Made by a program: the position numbers and the translations under genes. A stretch of 64,000 bases of DNA from Sphingomonas sp. (GTDB taxonomy: Bacteria; Pseudomonadota; Alphaproteobacteria; Sphingomonadales; Sphingomonadaceae), in assembly GCF_965227385.1 (NCBI RefSeq), contig NZ_OZ245750.1, positions 3,360,552-3,424,551 on the forward strand, read 5' to 3'. Below, in pieces: positions 38,209 through 47,312 of the stretch. The stretch's first letter is position 1. The number at the start of each line of letters is the position of its first letter. Under the pieces are notes generated by a model that had not been told where the DNA came from, ran no database searches, and worked only from the letters and a program-made list of their open reading frames with translations.

Positions 38209-38355
38209 ATGTATAAGGGCAACAACAGCTTTCGCACGACGCTGGCGGCGCTGGTCTGCACCCTGATCGTCAGCACCACCAGCCTGGCAACCGTGGTCGG
38301 CCCCGCCGTCACGGCGACGGATGGGGTCGCAGTTTCCACCCGAGCCATCGCGTAA
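38209..38355 (+). CDS. Small hydrophobic protein (48 aa), first ORF after the psp promoter
   Basis: MYKGNNSFRTTLAALVCTLIVSTTSLATVVGPAVTATDGVAVSTRAIA*; GAGGGA RBS. Confidence 0.6.
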   Translation: MYKGNNSFRTTLAALVCTLIVSTTSLATVVGPAVTATDGVAVSTRAIA

Positions 38356-38361
38356 GCGATC

Positions 38362-38395
38362 CCGCCGGGCGGGCACCCCCTAGTCCGCCCGGCGG
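38362..38395 (+). other. 11-bp GC hairpin between the small ORF and pspA (no U-tract)
   Basis: ccgccgggcgg-N12-ccgcccggcgg. Confidence 0.6.
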
Positions 38396-38422
38396 CACGA
38401 GTTTCCAAGGAGCTAAGTTCAG

Positions 38423-39091
38423 ATGGGCATTTTCTCTCGCACCCGCGATATCATCGCCGCCAACTTCACCGACCTGCTCGACAAGGCGGAAGACCCGGCG
38501 AAGATGATCCGCATGATCATCCTCGAGATGGAGGAGACGCTGGTCGAGGTTCGCGCCAGCGCGGCCCGCACCATCGCCGACCAGAAGGAAATGCGCCGCC
38601 ACATCGCCAAGCTGGAAAACCTCCAGATGAGCTGGACCGAGAAGGCCGAGCTGGCGCTGAGCAAGGACCGCGAGGACCTGGCCAAGGCTGCACTGGTCGA
38701 GCGCCAGAAGGCGTATGACATGTGCGATCAGCTGAATGCAGAGATCGCGGTGCTCGACGATGCGCTGCGCGCGTCGGAAGAGGACATCGCCAAGCTGCAG
38801 ACCAAGCTGCGCGACGCCCGTGCCCGCCAGAACGCGATCATGACCCGCCTGGAAAGCGCCAACAACCGCGTCAAGCTGCGCGAGATGACCCACGGGTCGA
38901 AGGTCAGCGACGCGTTCAGCCGCTTCGACCTGCTCGAGCGCCGCGTCGACTTTGCCGAGGGCCGCGCCGATGCGCTGGCACTGGGCGCGCCGAAGAAGTC
39001 GCTGGAAGAGGAAATCGCCGAGCTCCATTCGGCCGAAAAGGTCGATGCCGAGCTGGCCGCGCTCAAGGCGCGCCTGAACAAGGGGAATTAA
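38423..39091 (+). CDS. pspA: Phage shock protein A
   Basis: MGIFSRTRDIIAAN, EDPAKMIR, long coiled coil, FDLLERRV. Confidence 0.97.
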   Translation: MGIFSRTRDIIAANFTDLLDKAEDPAKMIRMIILEMEETLVEVRASAARTIADQKEMRRHIAKLENLQMSWTEKAELALSKDREDLAKAALVERQKAYDMCDQLNAEIAVLDDALRASEEDIAKLQTKLRDARARQNAIMTRLESANNRVKLREMTHGSKVSDAFSRFDLLERRVDFAEGRADALALGAPKKSLEEEIAELHSAEKVDAELAALKARLNKGN

Positions 39092-39094
39092 GCC

Positions 39095-39376
39095 ATGGAA
39101 GACGTGTTTCTTCCGATCATCATCGTCGGCATGCTCTTCATCGGCATGCCCTGGGTCATCCTCCACTATGTCACCAAGTGGAAGCAGGCCAAGACGCTGA
39201 CCGGCGAGGACGAGAATCTGCTGGACGAGCTGCACTACACCGCACGCCGCCTGGAGGATCGTCTCCACACCATCGAGCGGATCATCGCCGCCGACAATCC
39301 CGAGTTCCGCATCCGCAGCACCGAAACGCCGCCGGTTCGCGAGCTCCCCGACTATGAACGCGCACGGAGGAACTGA
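39095..39376 (+). CDS. pspB: Envelope stress membrane protein PspB
   Basis: LFIGMPWVILHY, ARRLEDRLHTIERII..DNP. Confidence 0.93.
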   Translation: MEDVFLPIIIVGMLFIGMPWVILHYVTKWKQAKTLTGEDENLLDELHYTARRLEDRLHTIERIIAADNPEFRIRSTETPPVRELPDYERARRN

Positions 39377-39377
39377 G

Positions 39378-39755
39378 ATGTCTGTCAGCCGCACGCAACT
39401 GTACCGCGACAAGGTCAACGGCAAATGGCTCGGCGTCTGTGAAGGGCTGGGCGAATATACCGGGGTCGACCCGCTGTGGATCCGCCTGGGCTTCTTGGCC
39501 CTGCTGGTCGCAACCTTTCCGCTGATGTTCTTCGTCTATATCGGCCTCGCCATGATCACCTCGCAGAAGCCGCTCGGCCTCTACGACAATGCCGAGGAAG
39601 CGAAATTCTGGCAGGGCGTGCGGGCCAACCCGCGCCGCTCGACCCAGGAAGTCCGCTCCAAGCTGCGCGACATCGATCGCCGCATGGCCGACATCGAGAC
39701 ATTCTACACGAGCCGCAACACGCAGCTCGCCGACGAGATCGAGCGCCTGCGCTGA
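39378..39755 (+). CDS. pspC: Envelope stress membrane protein PspC
   Basis: LYRDKVNGKWLGVCEGLGEYTGVDPLWIR PspC domain. Confidence 0.93.
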   Translation: MSVSRTQLYRDKVNGKWLGVCEGLGEYTGVDPLWIRLGFLALLVATFPLMFFVYIGLAMITSQKPLGLYDNAEEAKFWQGVRANPRRSTQEVRSKLRDIDRRMADIETFYTSRNTQLADEIERLR

Positions 39756-39784
39756 CAGCGCGCGCTCAACAGGAGGGAAGTATC

Positions 39785-40075
39785 ATGAGTTGGGGTGGAC
39801 CGGGTTTTGTTATCGCGATCATCGCGATCTCGACCTTCGGATGGCTCGCTTCGACCTGGATCCGCGCCAAGCACGGATATCCGATCGAAAATGAGTGGAC
39901 CGGCACGACCGAGAAGCCGGACGCCGGCGCGGCCCGCAAGATCGAGCTGCTGACGAGCGAGAACGAGCGGCTGACCGGGCAGATCAGCCGGCTGGAGGAG
40001 CGGATCGCGGTGCTTGAGCGCATCGCCACCGACCCCGCCGAACGGACCGCCCGCGCCATCGACGCGCTGCGCTGA
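39785..40075 (+). CDS. PspB-like small membrane protein 1
   Basis: N-terminal TM plus coiled coil ending LEERIAVLERIATD...IDALR. Confidence 0.82.
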   Translation: MSWGGPGFVIAIIAISTFGWLASTWIRAKHGYPIENEWTGTTEKPDAGAARKIELLTSENERLTGQISRLEERIAVLERIATDPAERTARAIDALR

Positions 40076-40088
40076 AGGGACCGACCTA

Positions 40089-40409
40089 ATGGACAAGCTC
40101 TCCTTTTTCACCGCACTGGCCCCCACGATCGCCATCGTCGGCGTGGCCGGGATGATCGGGTGGATGTTCACCACCTGGCTCCGCATCAAGAATGGCTATC
40201 CGCTCGACGGGGCCTGGGGCCAGGCGGTCTATCCGCAGAAGAACGAAGAGATGATCGAGCGGATCAAGCTGATCAGCCAGGAAAATGCCCAGCTCCGCGC
40301 GGAATTGGGTTCGGTCAAGGACCGGCTGGCCAATGTCGAGCGGATCGTGACCGACAGCAGCCACGCGCTGGATCGCGAGATCGAAGCGCTGCGGGTGGGC
40401 AAGAATTGA
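40089..40409 (+). CDS. PspB-like small membrane protein 2
   Basis: TM, NGYP, KDRLANVERIVTD..LDREIEALR. Confidence 0.82.
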   Translation: MDKLSFFTALAPTIAIVGVAGMIGWMFTTWLRIKNGYPLDGAWGQAVYPQKNEEMIERIKLISQENAQLRAELGSVKDRLANVERIVTDSSHALDREIEALRVGKN

Positions 40410-40419
40410 GGACCTGACG

Positions 40420-40701
40420 ATGGGCGACAAACAGAGCTTCATACTCGGCTTCTTCTTCATCGTGGTCGGTATCCCGGTGATCCTCGGCGTCGGCGGCGAC
40501 ATGTTCCGGCGCTGGCTGAAGCACAAGGAGAAGATGGCCGAAGCGCTGAGCGCACAGACCGCCGAGAAGGCCGCGCAATATGCGGCGCATACCGAGCGGC
40601 TGGAGCAGCGGGTGCGGGTGCTGGAGCGGATCGTCACCGACAAGGGCCTGGACCTGTCGGACCAGATCGAACGGCTGCGCGACGAGCGGCCGGTGAACTG
40701 A
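40420..40701 (+). CDS. PspB-like small membrane protein 3
   Basis: TM, LEQRVRVLERIVTD..LSDQIERLR. Confidence 0.82.
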   Translation: MGDKQSFILGFFFIVVGIPVILGVGGDMFRRWLKHKEKMAEALSAQTAEKAAQYAAHTERLEQRVRVLERIVTDKGLDLSDQIERLRDERPVN

Positions 40702-40731
40702 ACCACCGAATTTTGTTAGGGAGTATCTACC

Positions 40732-40863
40732 ATGTTGATCGGAGTTTTCGCGGTGCTGGGCGTCATTGGCGCGATCGGCGTCACGATGGCCGAGATGCGC
40801 GACCGCCCCGCCCGCCGTGCCGAGCGGCTGGCGCGCGAAGCGGCGGCTCAGCCGGCCGAGTAA
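40732..40863 (+). CDS. Small single-TM protein (43 aa)
   Basis: Hand translation MLIGVFAVLGVIGAIGVTMAEMRDRPARRAERLAREAAAQPAE*; AGGGAG RBS. Confidence 0.65.
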   Translation: MLIGVFAVLGVIGAIGVTMAEMRDRPARRAERLAREAAAQPAE

Positions 40864-40906
40864 GCCCGACCGGGCTGGCACCAGAACAGACGAACAGGAG
40901 GCAGGT

Positions 40907-41173
40907 ATGGATTGGGCGTTCATGGTGGTCGCGATCGTGGCGATCGTAACCATCGGCAACATCGTCCGCGCCAAGATGGGCATCCAGAAGGACAGCCGCG
41001 GCAACGACTATGTCCCCCATGATCCCGCGGCGAGCGCCGAAGCCCGCCGCCTGGAGCAGGAAGTGCGCACGCTCAAGGACCGTATCGCGGTGCTGGAGCG
41101 GGTGATCACCGACAATCATTCGAGCGTCAGCCTCGACCGCGAGATCGAGAAGCTGCGCGACGGACGGAACTGA
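40907..41173 (+). CDS. PspB-like small membrane protein 4
   Basis: TM, LKDRIAVLERVITD..LDREIEKLR; AGGAGG RBS. Confidence 0.82.
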   Translation: MDWAFMVVAIVAIVTIGNIVRAKMGIQKDSRGNDYVPHDPAASAEARRLEQEVRTLKDRIAVLERVITDNHSSVSLDREIEKLRDGRN

Positions 41174-41214
41174 ATTTTGACGCAACTGAAGTCCGGCCCC
41201 GGTCGGAGGAGGAT

Positions 41215-41463
41215 GTGATGACTGACCCCAATTTCTACATGGTCATGGCGCTGGCGACCCTTGCGGGTCTCGGGATGGTGACCGGAGCGAGCCTGGCCGG
41301 ATGGCGCGGCTGGCTGGCGCTGAAGCGGCAGGAACTGTCGCTGGTGCATCAGGGCGAAACGCCCCAGGCGGCGCAGGGCAATGCCGGCGCACGGATCGAG
41401 ATCGCGGACCTCAAGGAACGCATCCGCAAGCTCGAGGCGATCGCCGCAGGCGTGGACCTCTAA
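41215..41463 (+). CDS. PspB-like small membrane protein 5 (divergent)
   Basis: TM, DLKERIRKLEAIA; GGAGG RBS. Confidence 0.75.
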   Translation: MMTDPNFYMVMALATLAGLGMVTGASLAGWRGWLALKRQELSLVHQGETPQAAQGNAGARIEIADLKERIRKLEAIAAGVDL

Positions 41464-41570
41464 CCAACCCCCGGAGCAGCGGCGGACGGTTGGGAGGCCA
41501 CCGCCACTGCACCACGGGAGCGGCAGCTGCAGACGCCGCTCCCACCCCAAGACCCAGAGTAAGTCTTGAC

Positions 41571-42437
41571 CTAGTCGATCACGCGGTGACGCTTAAGAAA
41601 GGTCACCGCATCGGCCATCAGCCGGTCCTGCACCTCGGGACCGAATTTCCCATGTACCCCGCCGGACACGATGTGCAGCTCGGCCGGCACCTTCGCCCGG
41701 TCGAGCGCGGCTTTCAGGGCGGTCGAGGCGGCGAACGGGACGACCGGATCGGCATCGCCATGGACGATGAACACCGGCGGCAGGCCCGGACGGACGCGGG
41801 TGATCGGCGACATGCGGGCGGCCATCGCGGCGCCCGCCTCCCCTTCCCCGACCCATTTGCCGATCGAGGGGCTGTTCCAGGCGCCCAGTGATTGCGGGCG
41901 CAGGTCGGTCGGTCCGTAGAAATCGATCACTGCAGCGGCGCGCGGCGCGGGTCCGCACTCCGCCGGGTCCAGCCCCTCACGCTTGTCGATTGTTGCCGCC
42001 ATCAGCGCCAGATGCGCGCCCGCCGATGTGCCCATCAGCACGATCTTCTGCGGGTCCAGCCCTTCCCGCTCCGCCGCACGCGCAATCCAGCCCATGACGC
42101 ACCGGACATCCTCGACCGCCGCAGGCGCGCGCGCCTGGCCCGACAAGCGATACTGCATGCTGACCACCGCGAACCCGGCATCGACGAAGCGACGATAGCT
42201 GGTCCAGCCCTTGGGCCGCTCGCCGCGCGCCCAGGCTCCGCCATGGATGACGACGAGCACCGGCGCACGCTTGCCCTTGGCGGTGCTTGGGCGGTGGAGG
42301 TCGAGATGCAGCGGGCCGGTATCGGTCGCGCGATAGACGACCTCGCGCTCGCTCACGACAGCCGGTTGCGACTGTCGCGCGGGCGCGGGCGCCGCCAATA
42401 TCGTCGTTGCCAGTCCCAGCCCGATCCATCTCAGCAT
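41571..42437 (-). CDS. Exported alpha/beta hydrolase (BD-FAE/HSL-like esterase)
   Basis: HGGAW, GTSAG, HGDADPVV, HG; signal peptide. Confidence 0.88.
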   Translation of the reverse strand: MLRWIGLGLATTILAAPAPARQSQPAVVSEREVVYRATDTGPLHLDLHRPSTAKGKRAPVLVVIHGGAWARGERPKGWTSYRRFVDAGFAVVSMQYRLSGQARAPAAVEDVRCVMGWIARAAEREGLDPQKIVLMGTSAGAHLALMAATIDKREGLDPAECGPAPRAAAVIDFYGPTDLRPQSLGAWNSPSIGKWVGEGEAGAAMAARMSPITRVRPGLPPVFIVHGDADPVVPFAASTALKAALDRAKVPAELHIVSGGVHGKFGPEVQDRLMADAVTFLKRHRVID

Positions 42438-42533
42438 CCACGCGCTCCTCTACCGTCAGACCAGCCTAGGGGCCGCGCGTCCCTGCACGCAAGACCGGGT
42501 GACGCGGGCGCGTGGTCCCGCTAAGGGCGCGGC

Positions 42534-42941
42534 ATGACCAGCCTGTCCGACCTGACCGACGAATATGAGTTTCTCGACGCCGACGACCGCTACCGGTTGC
42601 TGATCGACCTGGGCAAGGCGCTGGAGCCGATGCCCGATGCGCTCAAGACCGATGCGACACTGGTGCGCGGCTGTTCGGCGGCGGTGTGGGTCTATCCCAC
42701 GGTGCGGGACGACGGGACGCTCCACTTTCTTGCGGACAGCAACGCCGCGATCACCAAGGGGATCATCGCGCTGGTCCTGCTGACGGTACAGGATCGCGCG
42801 CCGGGCGAGATTCTGGCGACGGATATCGAAGGTGCGCTGGCGCCGTTCGACCTGCGCAACCAGCTCAGCTCCAACCGGACTCAGGGCATCCCAAACATGA
42901 TCGCACTGATCCGCGCGACGGCGGAACGCTACGCCGGATGA
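42534..42941 (+). CDS. sufE: SufE-family Fe-S sulfur acceptor
   Basis: RYRLLIDLG, VRGCSAAVW, ADSNAAITKG, LSSNRTQG. Confidence 0.9.
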   Translation: MTSLSDLTDEYEFLDADDRYRLLIDLGKALEPMPDALKTDATLVRGCSAAVWVYPTVRDDGTLHFLADSNAAITKGIIALVLLTVQDRAPGEILATDIEGALAPFDLRNQLSSNRTQGIPNMIALIRATAERYAG

Positions 42942-44278
42942 GCGCGGAGGGGGGCAAGCTCTACCGCGCGATCTGGCGCTGGCATTTCTATGCCGGATTG
43001 TTCGTGGTGCCGTTCATCCTGCTGCTGGCGCTGACCGGGGCAATCTATCTGTTCAAGCCGCAGCTCGATGCGTGGCAGGAGCGCGACTGGCGCAACCTGC
43101 CCGTCACCGGGGTGGTGACGCCCGACGCGCAGTTGAAGGCCGCGCTCGCCGCGGTGCCGGGTGCGAGCTTCCACAGCTATCGCCTGCCCGCAGCGGCCGG
43201 TGACGCCGCGGTCATCCATGTCGGGCTGGCCGAAGGGGGCATGCGCGACATCGCCGTGTCGCCACAGGGCGTGGTGGTCGCGGTCGACCATCCCGAGGCG
43301 CGGATCGCCGCGACCGTATCACGCATCCATGGCTCGCTGCTGCTTGGTCAATGGGGCGGGCTTCTGGTCGAGATTGCGGCGAGCTGGGCGATCCTGCTGA
43401 TCCTGTCGGGCCTGTACCTGTGGTGGCCGCGTGGGCGCGGACTGGCGGGCGTGCTGTGGCCGCGGCTAGGTGCGCATGGGCGCGTCATTTGGCGCGATCT
43501 GCATGCGGTCACCGGCTTTTGGGTTTCCGGGCTGGCGCTGGTGCTGCTCGTGTCGGGCCTGCCCTGGACCGATGGCTGGGCGACCGCCTTCCGCGCGGTC
43601 CGGGCCGAGCTGGGTCTGGTGCAGGGGCCGCAGCAATGGAAGGGCGGCGTCGATCTGCATGCCGAGCATGACCATGACGCGATGCTGCGCGCGGCGGCGG
43701 GCGGCAAGCCGGTGCCGATCGGCATGACGCTGACCGACATGGTGCAGCGCGCGCAGGCAGAGGATGTCGCCGCCCCCGCGATCCTGTCCCCACCCGGCGC
43801 GCCCGCGCAGTTCGGCCCGCCCAATGGCAATGTCTGGAAGCTGACCAGCGAAACGCAAAACCGCCCGGTTGCCCGCACCGTGACCTTCGATCCGATGACC
43901 GGCGACGTGCTTGCGCGCAGCGGCTTTGCCGACAAGCACCCGATCGACCGGGTGATCGGGTATGGCATCGCATGGCATGAGGGCCAGTTGTTCGGATGGG
44001 TCAACCAGCTGGTCGGCGTGTTGACCGCGCTGGCACTGATGCTGCTGGCGGTGAGCGGTATCGTCATGTGGTGGCGGCGACGGCCCCAAGGCTCGCTTGG
44101 CGCGCCGCCGCGTCCTGCCGACGCAAAGCTGCGCGTCGTGGCGGGGATCACCCTTATCATGGCGGCGCTGCTGCCGATGCTGGCGCTGTCGCTGATCGCG
44201 GTGTTCGTCTTCGACCGGCTGATCCTGCCGCGCTTTCCGCGCGCGGCACGCTGGTTCAACCGTACCCGCCCGGCCTGA
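42938..44278 (+). CDS. PepSY-associated TM helix domain protein
   Basis: WRWHFYAGL, LTGAIY, IHGSL, LSGLYLWWP, RDLHAVTG, WHEG; ATGA overlap with sufE. Confidence 0.9.
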   Translation: MSAEGGKLYRAIWRWHFYAGLFVVPFILLLALTGAIYLFKPQLDAWQERDWRNLPVTGVVTPDAQLKAALAAVPGASFHSYRLPAAAGDAAVIHVGLAEGGMRDIAVSPQGVVVAVDHPEARIAATVSRIHGSLLLGQWGGLLVEIAASWAILLILSGLYLWWPRGRGLAGVLWPRLGAHGRVIWRDLHAVTGFWVSGLALVLLVSGLPWTDGWATAFRAVRAELGLVQGPQQWKGGVDLHAEHDHDAMLRAAAGGKPVPIGMTLTDMVQRAQAEDVAAPAILSPPGAPAQFGPPNGNVWKLTSETQNRPVARTVTFDPMTGDVLARSGFADKHPIDRVIGYGIAWHEGQLFGWVNQLVGVLTALALMLLAVSGIVMWWRRRPQGSLGAPPRPADAKLRVVAGITLIMAALLPMLALSLIAVFVFDRLILPRFPRAARWFNRTRPA

Positions 44279-44385
44279 GAGACAGCGGCCGGGCGGGCGG
44301 TAGTCCCGCCGATGGTCAAAGAGGGAAATCACATCGGCGGGGTGCCGCGCGGGACCGGGTAAAAACCCGCGCGACGGGGGTGGGG

Positions 44386-44943
44386 TCAGGGCATCAGCAC
44401 CGTGTCGACGACGTGGATCACGCCGTTCTTTTGCGCCACATCGGCGATGGTGATGTTGGACGTGCCGCCCTTGGCATCGGTGACGATCCAGCCATTGCCG
44501 CGCTTCGACAGCGTGATCTTCTCACCCTGAACCGTGGTCAGCTCGAGCTTGCCGCCATTGGCCTTCGCCTTGGCCGCGATATCGCCCGCCATCATCTTGC
44601 CGGGGACGACATGATAAGTCAGCACGGCGGTCAGCGTGCCCTTGTTCTCCGGCTTCAACAGCGTGTCGACGGTGCCGGCGGGAAGCTTAGCGAACGCGGC
44701 GTTGGTCGGCGCGAACACGGTGAACGGTCCCGGCGACTTCAGCGTGTCGACCAGGCCGGCGGCCTTCACCGCCGCGACCAGCGTGGTGTGATCCTTCGAA
44801 TTGACCGCGTTATCAACGATATCCTTGGTCGGATACATGGCGGCGCCGCCGACCATCTTGTTCTGTCCGGCGACGGCGACCGAGCCGGTTGCCAGTGCAG
44901 CACCGGCCAACGCCAATGCGAAATGCGAGGTACGAAACTTCAT
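44386..44943 (-). CDS. Secreted fasciclin (FAS1) domain protein
   Basis: TVFAPTNAAF, LTYHVVPG, NGVIHVVDTVLMP. Confidence 0.95.
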   Translation of the reverse strand: MKFRTSHFALALAGAALATGSVAVAGQNKMVGGAAMYPTKDIVDNAVNSKDHTTLVAAVKAAGLVDTLKSPGPFTVFAPTNAAFAKLPAGTVDTLLKPENKGTLTAVLTYHVVPGKMMAGDIAAKAKANGGKLELTTVQGEKITLSKRGNGWIVTDAKGGTSNITIADVAQKNGVIHVVDTVLMP

Positions 44944-45001
44944 ACATCCTCCTGCTTTCGTGGCAGTGCCCGGCCGCCTCGTGACCGGGTTGCGCAGGAG
45001 A

Positions 45002-45027
45002 TACGGACGCGGATGCGCGCCGGATGT
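45002..45027 (-). promoter_or_regulatory. Candidate ECF-sigma promoter for the fasciclin gene
   Basis: Minus strand ACATCC-N16-CGTA, shaped like ECF -35/-10 elements, just upstream of the fasciclin RBS. Confidence 0.4.
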
Positions 45028-45758
45028 CAGATGCCGAAAATTTTTCCTGCAGCGACGCGCGGGCCGGTCGGCGCAGGGTGCGGCGCGGTCGCGCGCGGCT
45101 CCATCGTGATCGCCAACGTGGCGCCGTCATGCATCATCGACCGATGCCCTTCGGCCACGACCAGCCGAGTATCGCCCGCCGGCCGGATGACGCCGAGCGA
45201 GCGCGGGATCCCGTCCTCGGGAATGATCCACAGCTCCGGCACGCGCGGATCCTCGCCCATATCCTGCGCAACCAGCCGCAGCTGTGCAGTCGCCGGATCG
45301 TAGCGCGCGGCGACCAGCGGCCCCTCCCCCTCGCCGCGCAGCTGCGCGACGATGGCGGGCTGCACCGCGACCTGGGTCGGCGGCAGGATGATCGACGGCT
45401 CCGGGCGCGGAATCACTAGCATGACCGCAAGCGCTGCGGCGACCGCGCCCGCTGCGGCGGTACCGAACTGCCAGAGGCGCAGCTGGCGACGCGGCACCAG
45501 ATCCACCACCGGCGCGGGCGCGATGCCATCGATCGCGCGTTCGATCCGGTTCCACAGTTCTTCCGGCGGCGTCTCGTCGGGCACGTCGAGCGCCATGCCT
45601 GCCAGCCGCTCGCGCCACGCCTCGACCTCTTCGGCAAAGGCGGCGTCGGTCAGCAGGCGACGGTTGGCGGATGCCAGCGCATCGCCCTCCAGCACGCCCA
45701 GCGCCAGCTCGGCCGCAAGCAGTTCGCGCGCGTCGGGAAGGTCCATCGGGTCAACCAT
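45027..45758 (-). CDS. RskA-like anti-sigma factor
   Basis: LAAELALGVL, central TM, ELWII, AITMEP.GGPxxAP-like PHPAPTGP tail. Confidence 0.88.
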   Translation of the reverse strand: MVDPMDLPDARELLAAELALGVLEGDALASANRRLLTDAAFAEEVEAWRERLAGMALDVPDETPPEELWNRIERAIDGIAPAPVVDLVPRRQLRLWQFGTAAAGAVAAALAVMLVIPRPEPSIILPPTQVAVQPAIVAQLRGEGEGPLVAARYDPATAQLRLVAQDMGEDPRVPELWIIPEDGIPRSLGVIRPAGDTRLVVAEGHRSMMHDGATLAITMEPRATAPHPAPTGPRVAAGKIFGI

Positions 45759-46323
45759 CGCCCAGGCACGCCTTTAACTGCAACAGGCCGCGGCGAATCC
45801 ACGTCTTCATCGTGCCGAGCGGGACCCGGTCGCGTTCCGCCAGTTCGGCATAGGTCAGCCCGCCGAAAAAGGCCGCGCGGATCGCCGAGGACGCACGCGC
45901 CTCCAGCGCATCGAGACAGGCGCTCATGCGGCCCTGTTCCTGCGCCTCCTCGATGACGGCATCGGCAGAGGGACGGTCGTCGGCAATCTCCCCCGCAGCG
46001 TCGATCGGCGCAGCAGCGGCCGCCGGACGCGCGCGCAACCGGTCGATCGCGCTGTTGCGGGTGATCGCGGCAAGCCACGTGATCGGGCTGGCGCGCTCGG
46101 GGTCGAAGCGCCCCGCCCGCTGCCACACCTTCACATAGACTTCCTGCACCACGTCCTCCGCTTCCTCCCGGTTCCCGCAGATACGCAGGCAAATGCCGAA
46201 AAGCTTCGCGCTGGTCAGATTATAGACTTCTGCCAGCGCGGCACGATCGCCCCGACCGACGGAAATCAACGCATCGGCCAACTGCTTGCGCGCGAGAGTT
46301 GCGGAGGGCGAAGCGGCGGTCAC
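45751..46323 (-). CDS. ECF RNA polymerase sigma factor (SigK-like)
   Basis: EAEDVVQEVYVKVW, WLAAITRNSAID, VPLGTMKTWIRRG. Confidence 0.93.
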   Translation of the reverse strand: MTAASPSATLARKQLADALISVGRGDRAALAEVYNLTSAKLFGICLRICGNREEAEDVVQEVYVKVWQRAGRFDPERASPITWLAAITRNSAIDRLRARPAAAAAPIDAAGEIADDRPSADAVIEEAQEQGRMSACLDALEARASSAIRAAFFGGLTYAELAERDRVPLGTMKTWIRRGLLQLKACLGDG

Positions 46324-46362
46324 GCGCGGACCGTAGCGTGCGCTGCGCGCCGTGCAAGGCGA

Positions 46363-46680
46363 TTAGCGCGGGTCGAGACCAAGCGCGTGCGCGACTGTAT
46401 CGAGATCAGCACCCGCCGGAACCAGCAGCCATTCGCGGCTGGCGGCGCCGTTCACGACGGTCACCGCGCCGCGCGGGCAAACGCCGAGGCATTTGACGTC
46501 AACGACACCCGCCGCGGCCTTCCGCCCCTTTTTCAGGTGAAGCTGCTTGCGCAGCGCCTTGCCGAGCGAAGCCTTGCCCTTGGGACCGAACCCGCCATCC
46601 AGCTTCTTGGAGCATTTTGCGCAGACCAGAACCGCGTTCGCCCAGTTCGACCGGACCCGCGTCTTCAATCCGGCCGCCAT
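46363..46680 (-). CDS. Thioredoxin-like (2Fe-2S) ferredoxin-domain protein
   Basis: VLVCAKC...KCLGVCP four-Cys pattern. Confidence 0.7.
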   Translation of the reverse strand: MAAGLKTRVRSNWANAVLVCAKCSKKLDGGFGPKGKASLGKALRKQLHLKKGRKAAAGVVDVKCLGVCPRGAVTVVNGAASREWLLVPAGADLDTVAHALGLDPR

Positions 46681-47201
46681 TGCCGCCGCTCATCGGCCGC
46701 GCGCAGCACTTCATAGGCCGCCTGGATCGCCTGAAAGCGCTTGGCCGCTTCGGCGTCGCCGGGGCGGATATCGGGATGGTTCGATTTGGCGAGCCGGCGC
46801 CATGCGGTGCGCACGTCCTCAAAGCTGGCGTCCGGCTCGAGTTCAAGCACGTCGAGCGCGCGCATCTCGTCGCGCGAGCGGGTGCCGTCGCCCGGACCAG
46901 CCCAGGCATTGTGCTTGCTTTCGGAATATCCGTTGGCCGTGCGCCGCTCATCGGCCTCGCGCTTGGCGGCCTCCTCGGCGGTCAATCCTTCGAAATAATT
47001 CCAGTTGCGATTATATTCGCCGGCGTGTTCTTCGCAGAAATACCAGCGTTCCGGGCTGTTGGGCGATTTGGGTGCAGGGCGGTCGCCCGGCTTGTCGCAG
47101 CCCTCCCGGTCGCACAGGCGCACTTTGACCGCCTCGCGCTCAGCGCCATAAGCTCGCCAGCGAGGGAAGCCCCAGTCCATCGATCGTGAAGAACGCGCCA
47201 T
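46665..47201 (-). CDS. J-domain (DnaJ-like) protein
   Basis: N-terminal CDREGC...WYFCEEH motif, C-terminal J domain with HPD. Confidence 0.9.
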   Translation of the reverse strand: MARSSRSMDWGFPRWRAYGAEREAVKVRLCDREGCDKPGDRPAPKSPNSPERWYFCEEHAGEYNRNWNYFEGLTAEEAAKREADERRTANGYSESKHNAWAGPGDGTRSRDEMRALDVLELEPDASFEDVRTAWRRLAKSNHPDIRPGDAEAAKRFQAIQAAYEVLRAADERRQWRPD

Positions 47202-47265
47202 GCGACGCCAGATAGGGCGCGTTCGCGGCGAACGCCACCCCGTCCGGTGTTTTCACCCACCCGGG

Positions 47266-47294
47266 TTGACGCCCCGCCCGCCCCCCGATAAAGG
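47266..47294 (+). promoter_or_regulatory. Likely sigma70 promoter of tRNA-Glu
   Basis: TTGACG-N17-TAAAGG followed by a GC-rich discriminator. Confidence 0.5.
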
Positions 47295-47312
47295 CCCCGC
47301 TTCCGCTCGCGC

